The notes: generated by a model from the letters alone, not told the origin. A DNA stretch of 63,655 bases, filler included, from Bonamia ostreae (GCA_040357525.1; 4 parts of 4 records of this genome joined end to end with filler, not necessarily neighbours in it); one strand, 5' to 3'. Positions 1-10,882 are shown, numbered from the whole stretch's first letter. A program made the numbers and translations.

Positions 1-129
1 TGCTCTACACGCCCTAATAAGACAGCGAACACCCCCCCCCCTCTCTCTGTTCGTGCAAGGCAAAAACAACCCCAGAAAAAGCCAGAAATTCAAACAACCG
101 GAATTATATACGAGATTGCTAATATGGAA

Positions 130-760
130 AACAAAAATAAAGTTTAACTCTAAACTCGCCGATATCTACATAAATAATGAACGACGAGTATGATCATGAG
201 TTGTCGGTTGCCATGGGTAAGCATTATAGAGTAGCGGTGAAAAGGACTTCCTTGTGGAAGTTACTTTAGGCAAAAAATATATTCGATAATTCATTATCTA
301 TCTTTATTCTTTGTTATGAAACTTTATTTAATACAAAATCGATGCTACTTTCCATTATTAATTTTTTAATGTTACGATGGACTGAATCATAAGCCTTAGT
401 CAGATCAATAAAGCATACACCTAGTATATTTTTCTATTTCCTGGAATTGCAAATTCTTGCATTTAATTTTATTATAGCGTGAGAAGTTCTGGCTCATATA
501 GTAAATCTATTTTGTTCTTCGGAATAAACTTCGAGACAACATTCTGAAGTCGATTTAGAATAATCTTTTCTAGTATTTTGGGAGCAATTCAATTCATTCC
601 AAGGGGTCTATGGTCTTCAATTACTATAGACTTTTTTTACTTTTTAATCGTTATGATTAACTTGTGCAGAAAGTTACTTAAATTTTGGGGAATTAATTCC
701 TGTGCTGGATGGAGATACAGGTTCGAAAAATACGACCTTTAAAACTGAATATATTTTAAT
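130..760 (-). mobile_element. Degraded non-LTR retrotransposon reverse-transcriptase fragment
   Basis: Minus-strand frameshifted pieces read ...CFIDLTKAYDSVHR... and ...LPQGSPFSPLLYNAY..., the LINE RT DxxKAFD and PQGS motifs; many stops. Confidence 0.75.
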
Positions 761-839
761 GTTTCAAATTAACCCCACAAAAGCAATCAGAGAAACTAAA
801 TAAAGTTGTTTATCAAAATTTTGAAATATTTATCTTTTA

Positions 840-1430
840 TTAAAATTTAAAATGTTCCAATTTGAATCCATCCTCTCCGTCAACCAAGAAAGCCGGAAAT
901 CTAGCTCCCTCCACATTCGCAATTTGGTCATCAAAAAGTACGCAATCATTTATGTTGACATTGAACTTATCCGCTATTTCTTTAATATGTTCTTCTTTGT
1001 CGACCTTCTCAGCGCTGTAAAAATTCGGGTTCTTTGCTACGATAACAAATTTGCTTCTTATTTCTTCGCCGAAATGGTGGTCCAAAAAAGCGATCACTAA
1101 CTCTTCGCCAGCAATTATGTCATTAGGATCGCGTGGCATTCCGTCTAATCGGTTGTTTCGCAAATTTAGAGACAAAAGGGGAAAGAGCTTTTTGATGTGC
1201 TCGTCGTTGAAAGTAGCAATGGCTAATTCGAATCCCTTTTCTATCAAAAGTGGAACGATCTCGACGAAATCAGAGCTGGCGGATTCGACATATTTGTCAA
1301 AGTCGATTCTGCAGAGAGCACCAAAAGAATGGATTTTGCTCGCTGTCAAATCCAAATCGAAGACAACGACTTTTGCGTTTAATTTGTTAAGATTATCGAT
1401 GAATTTAGTAAATCTGTTTTTAGTGTCCAT
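840..1430 (-). CDS. HAD-superfamily phosphatase (MDP-1-like)
   Basis: Intact 196-aa ORF with motif I VVFDLDLT, motif II IATFN, the motif III Lys and motif IV LFDDQIANV. Confidence 0.75.
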   Translation of the reverse strand: MDTKNRFTKFIDNLNKLNAKVVVFDLDLTASKIHSFGALCRIDFDKYVESASSDFVEIVPLLIEKGFELAIATFNDEHIKKLFPLLSLNLRNNRLDGMPRDPNDIIAGEELVIAFLDHHFGEEIRSKFVIVAKNPNFYSAEKVDKEEHIKEIADKFNVNINDCVLFDDQIANVEGARFPAFLVDGEDGFKLEHFKF

Positions 1431-2784
1431 TTAAATTTTTTGCTTTTGCTCTACTATATTTTTGTTATATTTGCTTTTGTTAATATATTTTAACTATATT
1501 TACCATATAATAAAATTTTAGAAACGGTTACGCCATTTGACTAAATTCATCCATGATTCTCCATTTTTTAATTTTGTATATAAAACAAACATATAAACGA
1601 ACAAATAAATTTATTCAAAATTCTCCGCTCATTATTAGACGGTAGGGGATCATCTGTATTAAAAAAGATAACCCGAATTAGAAGTTAAAGATATAAGTTT
1701 AATCTTTATTTTTATCCAAATTTTTTTTAAATTTTTTAGAACATGCTTAATTGCTTCTACTTTGTAAAATTGAACTTTATAATAATACCCGGAAATACTC
1801 CAATTCAAGAAAACTTGTTATATACTCAATAATTTAAACCTAATCAATCCAAGCAAAAATATTCCGCCACCAGGCAATCAAAACCGCTGCAAAATCAAAT
1901 AAAAACGTTTATATTCATCCAAATACAAATAAAAACATAATCTATATTTTAGATGAACATTAAAGAAATTTTAATAATATATTAATTGATGGAAATTTCA
2001 TAGACCTTAATAATATGTGTAGCGAAGAAAAATTAAATTATAGAAAAAAGTTTAAGACCATTTAAGAAAAATAAACATGTGTTTTAAAACAGGAAACCTT
2101 GTCGTACACATAAAATGAGAGCAAAGGACAGATTATAACACTAAAACCAAACAATTTAACTTACCCGATTTAAGAGTGTTGATTGAACAAGCAACAAGCG
2201 AGGTGTCAGAGTGCAAATAAGAGAGGATTTAGTATCTTACCACCTTCCAGTTGAAGTAGAAATAAAAGCTAAAGTATAGAAAAACTTTAAAACACAGAAA
2301 ATATTGGACTTTATGAATAATGTAAATCTGAAGAATTTGGAGAACAGTTAATTTTAATCACAATAAAAAATTCGAATATTCAATTAGAAGTAAATTCTAA
2401 AACATGTAAAAGCCAAGTATCGGCTATGGTTATGTTGGAAAAGCATGGTGGAACGATACCTGTTAAAAAGATGCCTAAACACGTATGCTGTAGCGAAGAT
2501 AAATGCAAGCAAAGCACACTAGAATAATAAAACAATATTTGGTGCAAGATATGCAATAATTTCTAAAATTACAAATTTTCTTATTTGATTTTTTGGAAAG
2601 TTAATTGCAAGAATACTTTAAAATGCATAGATTTTAAATCCAAAAGTTTCATTGTTATTAATATTCCACTAAAACGTTAAAATTTTATTGCATTAGAAAC
2701 ATATTCCTTTATTAAAAGCAATGTAACATTTGCAAAAATTTAATATTACCTTTAATAAAATTAATTTTAAAAAGAACAATTGGT

Positions 2785-5116
2785 CTAATATTTTAAAAAA
2801 TCTTTCGATTCCATATTAGCATACTCTTCTATGCAGTTTTCAACGGCATTTCTGTTTTTAATAAAATTTAGCAGAATAGAACCTTGATTCGTCAAATTCG
2901 TCAAACGAACCGGAAAAACATTTTTCATCCAAATATTGTTGAATAAAAGCTTTTCTTTTTCGAAAAACATCGAATTGTTTTAAAACGGTCGAGAATAACT
3001 AAAATTTGTAAAAGATAATTAATTTTGTTTGAAGGCTATTTTTGTGGATAAAATTTGTAAAAATAATTAAAATTTGGAAAAGATAATTTTATTAATATTG
3101 TCCATTAGAAAAAAGTTGGACAAAAATCCAAGGCAAAACAAAAAATAACAAAAACTTCTTTTACACTGGTGTGGTTGGCCAGCATCAAACCATTGACATC
3201 ATTCAACGACGAAAGAAATGGAGATTTGGGTGCCAGCGCGATTTGGACTCCTGCTGGAGCCCATTCAATAAAATTTATACTTTTCTTTTCGCTTAATCTT
3301 GCAATGCTTCTCTGTACGTCGCCCGGTTTCACATCACCTTGCATTACGTTCAACATTGATACGTACAGCCCTTTTCTCGTGTTGCAGGAGGCCATTATAT
3401 TCCGAGGTTGCAACAACCGCCTTATTATCTCATAAACTGAAGTTTTCCTAATTGTACTCGACTTTTTTGTATTATTTTTTTAGCTGTTTTGTAAAATATA
3501 AAAATAGCTTTTGTTTGATTGGTTTCAATATACACCCTCGATGTCTCGCTCGGGTTTTAAAGTTTACATTATGCCGACTACGCAAACGCTTTGAATGTTT
3601 AGGCCACAAGGCGTAAACCGAAGTGGACTTCAAAGCGTTGGCAGATTTTTTGTGGTCGGTGGCATCATTGCAATGCGATACCGAGTCCAACATAATTTCA
3701 GTGGAGAACCAAGTAGCGTTCCCTCACTGGCACTGTCCTTCGTTATAAAGGCTGCAAATTAAAATAGCAAATTTTGTGTTCGGAAAAAAAGATGCTTAAT
3801 GTGAATGGCAGAGCTAGCCCTGATTTTGAGCTCCGGACATTGATTGTTTTTAATTTTTATATGTTCAGATTTTAATGGAATGAAAAATCGAAAAACGCAA
3901 TTGGCGACCGACAAAGGTGTGTACCCGGTAATCAGAAAGTTGCTCCTCGGAGTCGGCACCAATGCACTGGCCAACGAGGCCAGGTCGCAATAAGAGTACC
4001 CCGGAAAACGCAGAGTGCTAGTCGTAGCCGCCATTACAGTCGAAACAAGCGAGTTGATTTGCCCGATAGTCGGTTTGTCCATCTGCAAACGGTCCAAAGC
4101 GATTCTGTCCAAGGCCGTGTTGTCTATGACGACAACCGCGTCCGCGCAAAGGGCCAGTCGCTTCATCGCCAGAACGCAATTGTAAGGTTGCACGACGACA
4201 TCGCTGAATTTCGTTTGGTTTGGGAACACCGAAAATGTCGAAACCAGTTTTTTCGGATAGCGATCCGCTATCTCTTCCAACAGAAAGGAGCCGAGCCCAG
4301 AACCTGTCCCGCCAGCGATCGAGTGACACAACATAAAACCCTTTTGGAAAATTGAGTTTTGTAAATTAAGGAATCCGAGATTACTGCATTCAGCACAAAT
4401 TAAATTGTGATTTGAACGATTTAAAAATATTTTTTTAATTTGGAGTTTGGGGTTCACAATCTGGTATGACCCCTAGACAGCTCAGACATTTAAAAATAGA
4501 ATTTTTGGCGCAAACTCAGTAAATTAAATGTTCGGATAAACGTACGCTTCCGTATCGACATCAGTTTGGAAACGAGTGTATCGAGATTCGAGCCCATTCC
4601 CGCACGAATGCGTACATTTGTCCAAACCGCTGAGCCATCGCGCCATAATTAAAAATTTCGAAGTAAGTAACTTCCAAACTATCACTATTGTCGGCTTCTC
4701 TGTCGACGATCTCCAAAATTTCTTCAGCCACTTCATCTCCACAAGAATAGCCTTTCGCCCAGTTGTTGCCAGCGCCGCTTCCTCTCCGGTGCACAAACTG
4801 GTTTTCAAGGTTGTACAAGCTCCTCTGTTCTCCGGAAAGAATGGAGTCAATCACGCGTGGCTCCAAGTCCACCAGAATGGCTCGGGGAACGTATTGGTCG
4901 TCGTCGGCTTGATAGAAGAAAATGTCTTTTAGACCCGAGTTTACTTCTGGGTCTTTTAAGCTTCCATCTCTTTTCAAGATTAGTTTAAATTTTGGAACTT
5001 CGTTATTCCGTGCTCGGCGCACAGTCTCTTCCAGAATTCGCTTCCGACTGCAAAATTTTGTACAAACTTTGGTTTCCGCATTGGCCCACTTGTAGTGTAA
5101 TCAATTCGCGAGGCAT
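2785..5116 (-). CDS. TUBG: Gamma-tubulin, 7 exons (introns about 20, 29, 331, 435, 157 and 31 nt)
   Basis: Spliced translation [83 protein letters not shown]. Long introns at 4341-4671, 3462-3896 and 2999-3155. Confidence 0.97.
3540..3730 (-). ncRNA. Candidate intron-encoded structured RNA (hairpin-H box-long hairpin-ACA layout)
   Basis: GC-rich island in an AT-rich intron; hairpin 3699-3729, AAATTA (ANANNA) at 3693-3698, nested stems including an 11-bp perfect IR 3585-3595/3629-3639, ACA at 3542-3544. Confidence 0.45.
4506..4645 (-). mobile_element. tRNA-derived SINE-like/Pol III element, copy 1 (in gamma-tubulin intron 3)
   Basis: A-box TGGCTCAGCGG and B-box-like GGGCTCGAATC; about 80% identical by eye to 6718-6831. 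Confidence 0.6.
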
Positions 5117-5141
5117 AAACACTCCGCAGTATATACTTGAA

Positions 5142-6616
5142 ATGTCTAAATTGGATGAGGATGAAAGCGAATACCATCATCTCAGAGATGTCGCTGACTC
5201 AATGAATCGCTAGTTTCATATATTAAATATAATAAAACCGATTTCGTGAAGCTCTGAAATTTTGGCGAAAAGGATAAGAAAGAAAGAAAGAGATTTTGGG
5301 TATTTATTGCCGAAATACAGAAAAATGGTCCCCGATTTCAAAATGAAGATGAAGATTTGTGAAAACTTGATAAAGGAAAATCAAAAGTTTTTAAGCGCTG
5401 TATCTGAAAACGCTTTAGAGCACTTCAGATTGGATTTAAAGGAGCAATTTTGCGGAAAAAAAGTATTTGAGGAAAAAAGGAAAAAAGAACAGTCGTTGCT
5501 CAAAACGGAAAAAATTTTGTCAACTTTAAAACAATGTTGTAGAGATTGGAGCGAAGAAGGCGCTTTCGAGCGACGTCAAAGTTACGGCGTTGTACTTGAT
5601 GAACTAGAACACCTCTACCCTGATATCTCTAAAAGGCTCCAACCTTAATTTAACATTTCGCCAATATCTAATATTAAAATATAATGCGGAGATTTCAAAA
5701 TCAATATCCGCAAATAATTATTATACAGAACTTACTGTTAACAAAAATAATTAAGGACGAAGATAAAAGTGCTTAACCCGGGTTGTGGATTGGCTCGTTT
5801 GACTTGGGAAATCGCCAAGAGAGGATTCGCCTCACAAGGCAACGAATTTTCGTATTTTATGCTGTTTACTTCACACTACATTTTGAACAGGTTTGCTTCA
5901 AATTCCAAATTTGCAGAGCAAATAAAAATTCTGAAACGGTTTATCCATTCGTACACGTCACCAAAAATAACTATTCCTTCCGGGACCAAAGTCGTTCTGT
6001 AAACTTTCCAGACGTGGACACCAGCGAATTGCCAACGGAAGGAAACTTTTCCATGGTCGCAGGGGACTTTCTTGAAGTCTACGGGAACATTGAAGAAATG
6101 GGAAAATGGGATGTCGTCGTTTCCGCGTTTTTTCTCGATACTGCGCGAAACCCATTGCAATATCTGGAAACGATAAGCAGATTGCTGCGCGTAGGAGGAT
6201 ATTTCATTAACTTCGGGCCTTTGCTTTATCACTACGCAGACAACCCAAACGAATTTTCCATAGAATTGAGCCTGGAGCAACTGCGAGCCAATTTGAGGGA
6301 TTTTGGTCTCGAACTGATAAAAGAAGAGTCTAATCTCGAATCCGAGTACTGCGCGAATGTCAAATCGATGCAAAAAACTGTCTACAACAGTTTTTTATGG
6401 GTTTGCAAAAAGTTCGAAGCGGACGAAAAGCAAGCAATCTTTGATGGCGAAAAATCGCGATTGGGTGGTCTTAGAAAAGTGCCCGATTATTACAATTCTA
6501 AAATTTACATTTTTAGAATTTATATTCTAAAGGTATCTAGTCATATTTTTCAGTTGTTTCAGTGCATCTCGCACGCTGGTGACTCTTACTGTGAGAGACA
6601 AAATAAGCAAATCTGA
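5142..6616 (+). CDS. CARNMT1: Carnosine N-methyltransferase (N2227 family), multi-exon; 3' end uncertain
   Basis: LKQCCRDWSEEG, VLNPGCGLARL, QGNEFSYFML, FSMVAGDFLEVY, FFLDTA, INFGPLLYHY. Confidence 0.92.
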
Positions 6617-6717
6617 AATTTGTTTGGAACTCAAATGTAGTCTTCAGTTTAAGGAACATTTTTATTTGAATATGTCAGTTTTAACTGGACCCCGACATGA
6701 CCGTCCATCGTTTAGCA

Positions 6718-6831
6718 GTGCAGATAAACCTGTGTCTCCCGTCTTGACATCAGTTTGCAAACGACTACACCGAGATTCGAACCCATGCACGCACGAATGC
6801 ATGCACTTAGTTCGAAACACTGAGACATCAC
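6718..6831 (-). mobile_element. tRNA-derived SINE-like/Pol III element, copy 2 (intergenic)
   Basis: TGTCTCAGTG A-box, GGGTTCGAATC B-box, TTCG-loop hairpin; shares the tail TCGTTTnCAAACTGATGTC with copy 1. Confidence 0.6.
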
Positions 6832-6876
6832 TTAATAACATATTTATTGCTGAAGATTGAATGGCCTAATCAATCG

Positions 6877-8038
6877 TTAAGCGAGGGAAAACATAATAGG
6901 ACATTCAGAGGCGTATGTGTAATCAACTAATGTCATATTTGTTGAAGCAATATTTACTGTGTCGGGTATGTATTCAAGAAAATGTGTAAATGGTTTCTCA
7001 GTTTTATATAATTTTTGGTTCTATTTTATAAAGTCATTTAATAGCGAATTGTTTTAATTCGAAGATAGTTTTTCTGTAGAGTATATAATCTTCCCAAAAT
7101 TAAGGTGTTTGTTCATTTTTGATTGAACACTTGGTTTGAAAAACTCATGCTCAATAATTTCCTTACTTCGCAATCTTTTACACGGATCCACTTGCAATAA
7201 ATTTTCAATCAAATTTTTCAAAGACTCACTCATTTCAGATGGAAAACTTACTATGGTTTGAGTAAGTATTCTGAAATTCAATTTGCATTTCTCACTAAAA
7301 GAAACTTCGTTTTTTTTATCTACATAAAGACGGAATGGAAGACTCCCCGTGACTAGCTCAAATAAGGTTACGCCGAAAGACCACCAATCTGAGGCAAAAC
7401 ACTTTTTGTTTTTTAAAACTTCTGGAGCTACATTAAAGTGTTTTTAGAACCTGTGTACATTAATGCGATTGTGTTCTCTTTAAATCCTTTTGTTGAAATT
7501 TCGGCTAGTCCAAAATCAGACAACACAGCTCTTCTATTTGCTGATATCAGAATGTTGTCCGGTTTGATGTCTCCGTGGACGATGTTGTAGCTGTGTAGTG
7601 CAGCTATCGCTTTTACTACTTGCAAAACAAGCGGTTCTAAATTTTCTTGGTTTAAAAACTTAGTCCGTTTTCAGTCAAACGTTCTTTTTTTGACAACGAT
7701 TTTAGATCGCCTTTTTCAAAAAAATTCATCACTATGAAAGCTCTAGAGTCGTCTTGGAATGCGCCTAGAAGCTCGGGAATGTAGGGCGTATTGACTGTCT
7801 TTAGAATGTTGCGTTCGTTGAGCAATCTTCGATACTGAAATTTGAAATTCAAACTGTAGTTTTGTTGGGATCTTTCTTTACAGCTTTGATGGCGCATTTC
7901 AATCCCGTGCTTAAGTTTGTAGCTAGAATTATTAAAACAACCCAAATACACTTCTGAGAAGTATCCTTTTCCGATTTTCTTTTCTATTTTGAAATCTTTG
8001 AGAGACAAATCCGAGTTCAATTTTCTATGTTTATCCAT
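6877..8038 (-). CDS. AGC-like Ser/Thr protein kinase, multi-exon; C-terminal exons uncertain
   Basis: IGKGYFSEV, spliced CAIKAV, HGDIKPDN, DFG, DWWSFG, LLQVDPCKRL; possible hydrophobic motif LVDYTY near 6910. Confidence 0.85.
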
Positions 8039-8154
8039 ATCGATATAGTCTTATTTTAAACTTAGTATAAAAACAAACCCAATCAAATCAGTCTAAAAAA
8101 TCTGATATAGAAAATAAACGGTGTTTCTTTAAAATTTTCAGCTGTAAACTTGAA

Positions 8155-9839
8155 ATGACTGAAACGAGGGAATTTAAACTAAACCAGTACACCGAAATCG
8201 AGCAAATCCACAACAAACTAGTGACCGCCGCGACAGTCGACCCTTCCGGATCCCGCTTAGCGACTTCCAGTTTGGATTATTCGGTTAAACTTTGGTCCTT
8301 CTCAGGTTTTGGTTTAACCTCCAGGGATGCAGAAAAAAGTAAAATACTTTCGAAAAGTCGTTCCCGTCGAAGGGATCGGAATCCGGTCAGTTCAATGGAA
8401 TTCTTCGGGCAGTCAGTTGCTCGTTTGCCCGGCTACAAACATCGCATTTGTCTATGACAGGGAGGGCAAGGAAATCACGAAGACCAACAAGGGCGACATG
8501 TACATTAAGGACCTTAATCACACGGCGGTAACAAATCCATTTTAAGTATCTTATAACATAATGCACATTAGGGCCACACTTGCCAGATAAATGGCGGCTG
8601 CTGGGATTATGCCCAGAACAGCCATTTCCTGACGTGGGGCAACGATGGGGCTCTCCGGCTCTGGGACCAAAGCAGACCGAAGAAGAATTTGCGGGTGCTC
8701 AAAATTAAAAACAGACAGAACAAAAAGTTCCCCTGCACGTCGGGGATTTTCTGCGGGACTTCTAAGATCGTCGGAGGTTCAGAACAAAACTTTAGGCTGC
8801 GAGGATGGCTCCATCAGCGTCTGGGACTACAAGAACCCCTTCAGACCCAAAGTCATCAAGAAGGCCCACGAAGCCGGGTACAGCATAAACAGCTTGCTCT
8901 GCAAGGGAGAAAACGTCTACAGCAAATCGCTGCGGGGCGAAATAAAAAAGTGGGACCTGCGCGCCATCAAGAGCCCGGTTGCCACCTACGGCAACTTTGA
9001 AAACGACAACGAATTTTCTAAAATGGCGTTTTCGCCTTCTTCGGAGAAAATAGCGGCGACGAGCTTCAGTTCGGAAAGAACTCGGAACAAACTGGTTCAT
9101 CTTAAAAACCAAAGATCGTTTTAAGTTCTGCAAATCTCGGAGAAGAAGAGGTGGTCGAGTTGCCGAACGCGGCAATTTCGGTGGAATGGTCTTCTAAGCT
9201 GAACCAGATTTTAGCGATCACTGCTGATCGGGGAATCCATTTCCGATACGACGGCGATGGCCAGCAGGTGGGCGCGGCGATCATCAGCAAAGAGAATCGG
9301 GTCCACTACAGCGACGATGAGACAAACATGTTGATTTTGCCAATTTTAGTCCCATCGACAGAGAACTTGTCAAGGAAATGCGGAAGGCCGCGAAAGAAGG
9401 GCGATACGAGCGAAGAAAAGTTTCGCGCCCGGAGGTGGCGAAAGACGAAATGAAGACTCTGGCTCGCAATTCCTTCGCTTCGGGGCTGTTCAAGAGGTTG
9501 AAGCCCAACACGATGAGAGGTTTTGAGCACAAAATTTTGAAAATCATCGCGGAGGTGGCGGGGCAGTGGTAGAGCTGCACATCGAATATGAATTGCGGCG
9601 TCCTGGGTTCGATTCCCAGAGCCGCCATTTCCGCTGCTCGCTCAAGACGAGAGATGGGAGTGCCCACTCAGTCGTCTCTTGCTTGAACGAGTTCGAACCT
9701 CGACCAGTGAAGTAAATCATCACGAACCCTTAAATTAAAGACCAAGACCCCCGCGAAGCCTTGTTGAGATACGAACGGAAAGCAAAAGGTTCGACTTGTT
9801 CACAATAAAGAACAGCCGTTGCTCGGCAAAAAGGAATAA
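8155..9839 (+). CDS. WDR70: WD40 repeat protein WDR70-like, about 8 exons
   Basis: DPSGSRL, DYSVKLW, KGDMYIKDLNHTAGHT and C-terminal DQDPREALLRY are WDR70 hallmarks; introns 19-44 nt plus one of 221 nt (9520-9740). Confidence 0.88.
9549..9713 (+). mobile_element. tRNA-like structured insertion flanked by the 8-bp direct repeat AAATCATC, inside a WDR70 intron
   Basis: AGTGGTAGAGC D-loop-like segment, perfect T-arm CTGGG-TTCGATT-CCCAG, 13-bp closing stem; direct repeats at 9541-9548 and 9714-9721. Confidence 0.55.
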
Positions 9840-9841
9840 AT

Positions 9842-10882
9842 TTATTTAACAGACTCGATCAGTCTGCCGAACAGCTTTTCGATTGTATCGGCGCAGCGGT
9901 AGTAGTTGGACTCCTTCGCGTTGTACGTCTTGCAGTTGTCGATGATCAGTCTGAAGTCGGTCGCGAACTCGTCTTTCGACCGGTAGCGCCTGTCGTTTAG
10001 TTTGGTCGTGATGATCGCGAGGTCCATCGGGTTCTTGATGATGCTGTAGTAGTCGGGCACCTGCTTCGCGTCCACGGCGGCCAGAAAAGGCCAGGACTCT
10101 TTGGTGTTCTTGACCGCCTTCACGATGGCCCCGATCTTGGCCAGCAGATGAGAGTCTTCCAACTCGCGACTCTGCTTCCTCCTCTTCTGCGAGCAGGACC
10201 AGCCTGCTTCTTTCAGCCCTGCGATTTGGCCGTAGTCGACTGGGCCGTCTTCCAGCTGCTTTATGCCGCGGTGGACGACGTGCGAGTTTGAGATTTTCCG
10301 CAGTTCGCCGAGCGCGTACTGCTTCTGCAGCGAGAGGATCTCTCTGAAGTGCAAGTAGTCGACTCTCGGGTGCAGATGGCACTCCATCAGTGTGCCGCCG
10401 TCGTATTCTTTGATGAAGCCCGCCCACTGAGAATTGGCGAGGCTAGAGACGCGAGTGAAGCCCTGCTTCTTGAAGTAGCCGATCGCGTAGTTGTCGGCGA
10501 AGGTGAGGAAGTTGAAAATGCCTTCGATTTTGGTGTATTCTTTTAATTGGTTCATCATCTTCATTCCGTAGCCTTTGACTTGCTCTGCGCTGCTTATAGC
10601 GCAAAAGACGATCTCGGAAAAATTTTGCTCGTAGAACGGTCGGAAGCAGACGCCGCCGATCACCTTTGGCTTCGGACCAGTTTTCGAGATAATGAGCGAT
10701 CGGTGGTTTTTATCAAAGACAAGACGCACTATGTATTCCTTGGGCATTTTTGGGAGTTGGACTGAGAATATGTCCTGCGCCATTATATTACGAACCTTTA
10801 ATTCTATTAGTTTCACGAGAGCTTCCTCTCGCTCGTCATTCCAAATAACGTCAAACTCTATGCCGCTTGCAGTTTGCGCCAT
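9842..10882 (-). CDS. GCN5: Histone acetyltransferase GCN5 (GNAT + bromodomain), intronless
   Basis: QLPKMPKEYIVRLVFD, EIVFCAI, QVKGYG, ADNYAIGYFKKQGF, YDGGTLMEC; bromodomain WPF...PDYY.IIKNPMDL. Confidence 0.97.
   Translation of the reverse strand: MAQTASGIEFDVIWNDEREEALVKLIELKVRNIMAQDIFSVQLPKMPKEYIVRLVFDKNHRSLIISKTGPKPKVIGGVCFRPFYEQNFSEIVFCAISSAEQVKGYGMKMMNQLKEYTKIEGIFNFLTFADNYAIGYFKKQGFTRVSSLANSQWAGFIKEYDGGTLMECHLHPRVDYLHFREILSLQKQYALGELRKISNSHVVHRGIKQLEDGPVDYGQIAGLKEAGWSCSQKRRKQSRELEDSHLLAKIGAIVKAVKNTKESWPFLAAVDAKQVPDYYSIIKNPMDLAIITTKLNDRRYRSKDEFATDFRLIIDNCKTYNAKESNYYRCADTIEKLFGRLIESVK

Noticed and set aside
1950-2560. Possible 3' LINE remnant
   Set aside because: Coding-like and Cys-containing but no diagnostic motif readable.
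3530-3730. U1 snRNA or telomerase RNA identity (ATTGCA loop, Sm-like ATTTTTTG, TAAAACCC)
   Set aside because: No ACTTACC 5' end, the motif order does not fit U1, and there is no 1.5-repeat template.
9553-9627. Functional tRNA gene
   Set aside because: D-stem and anticodon arm are non-canonical and no anticodon can be assigned; kept only as tRNA-like.
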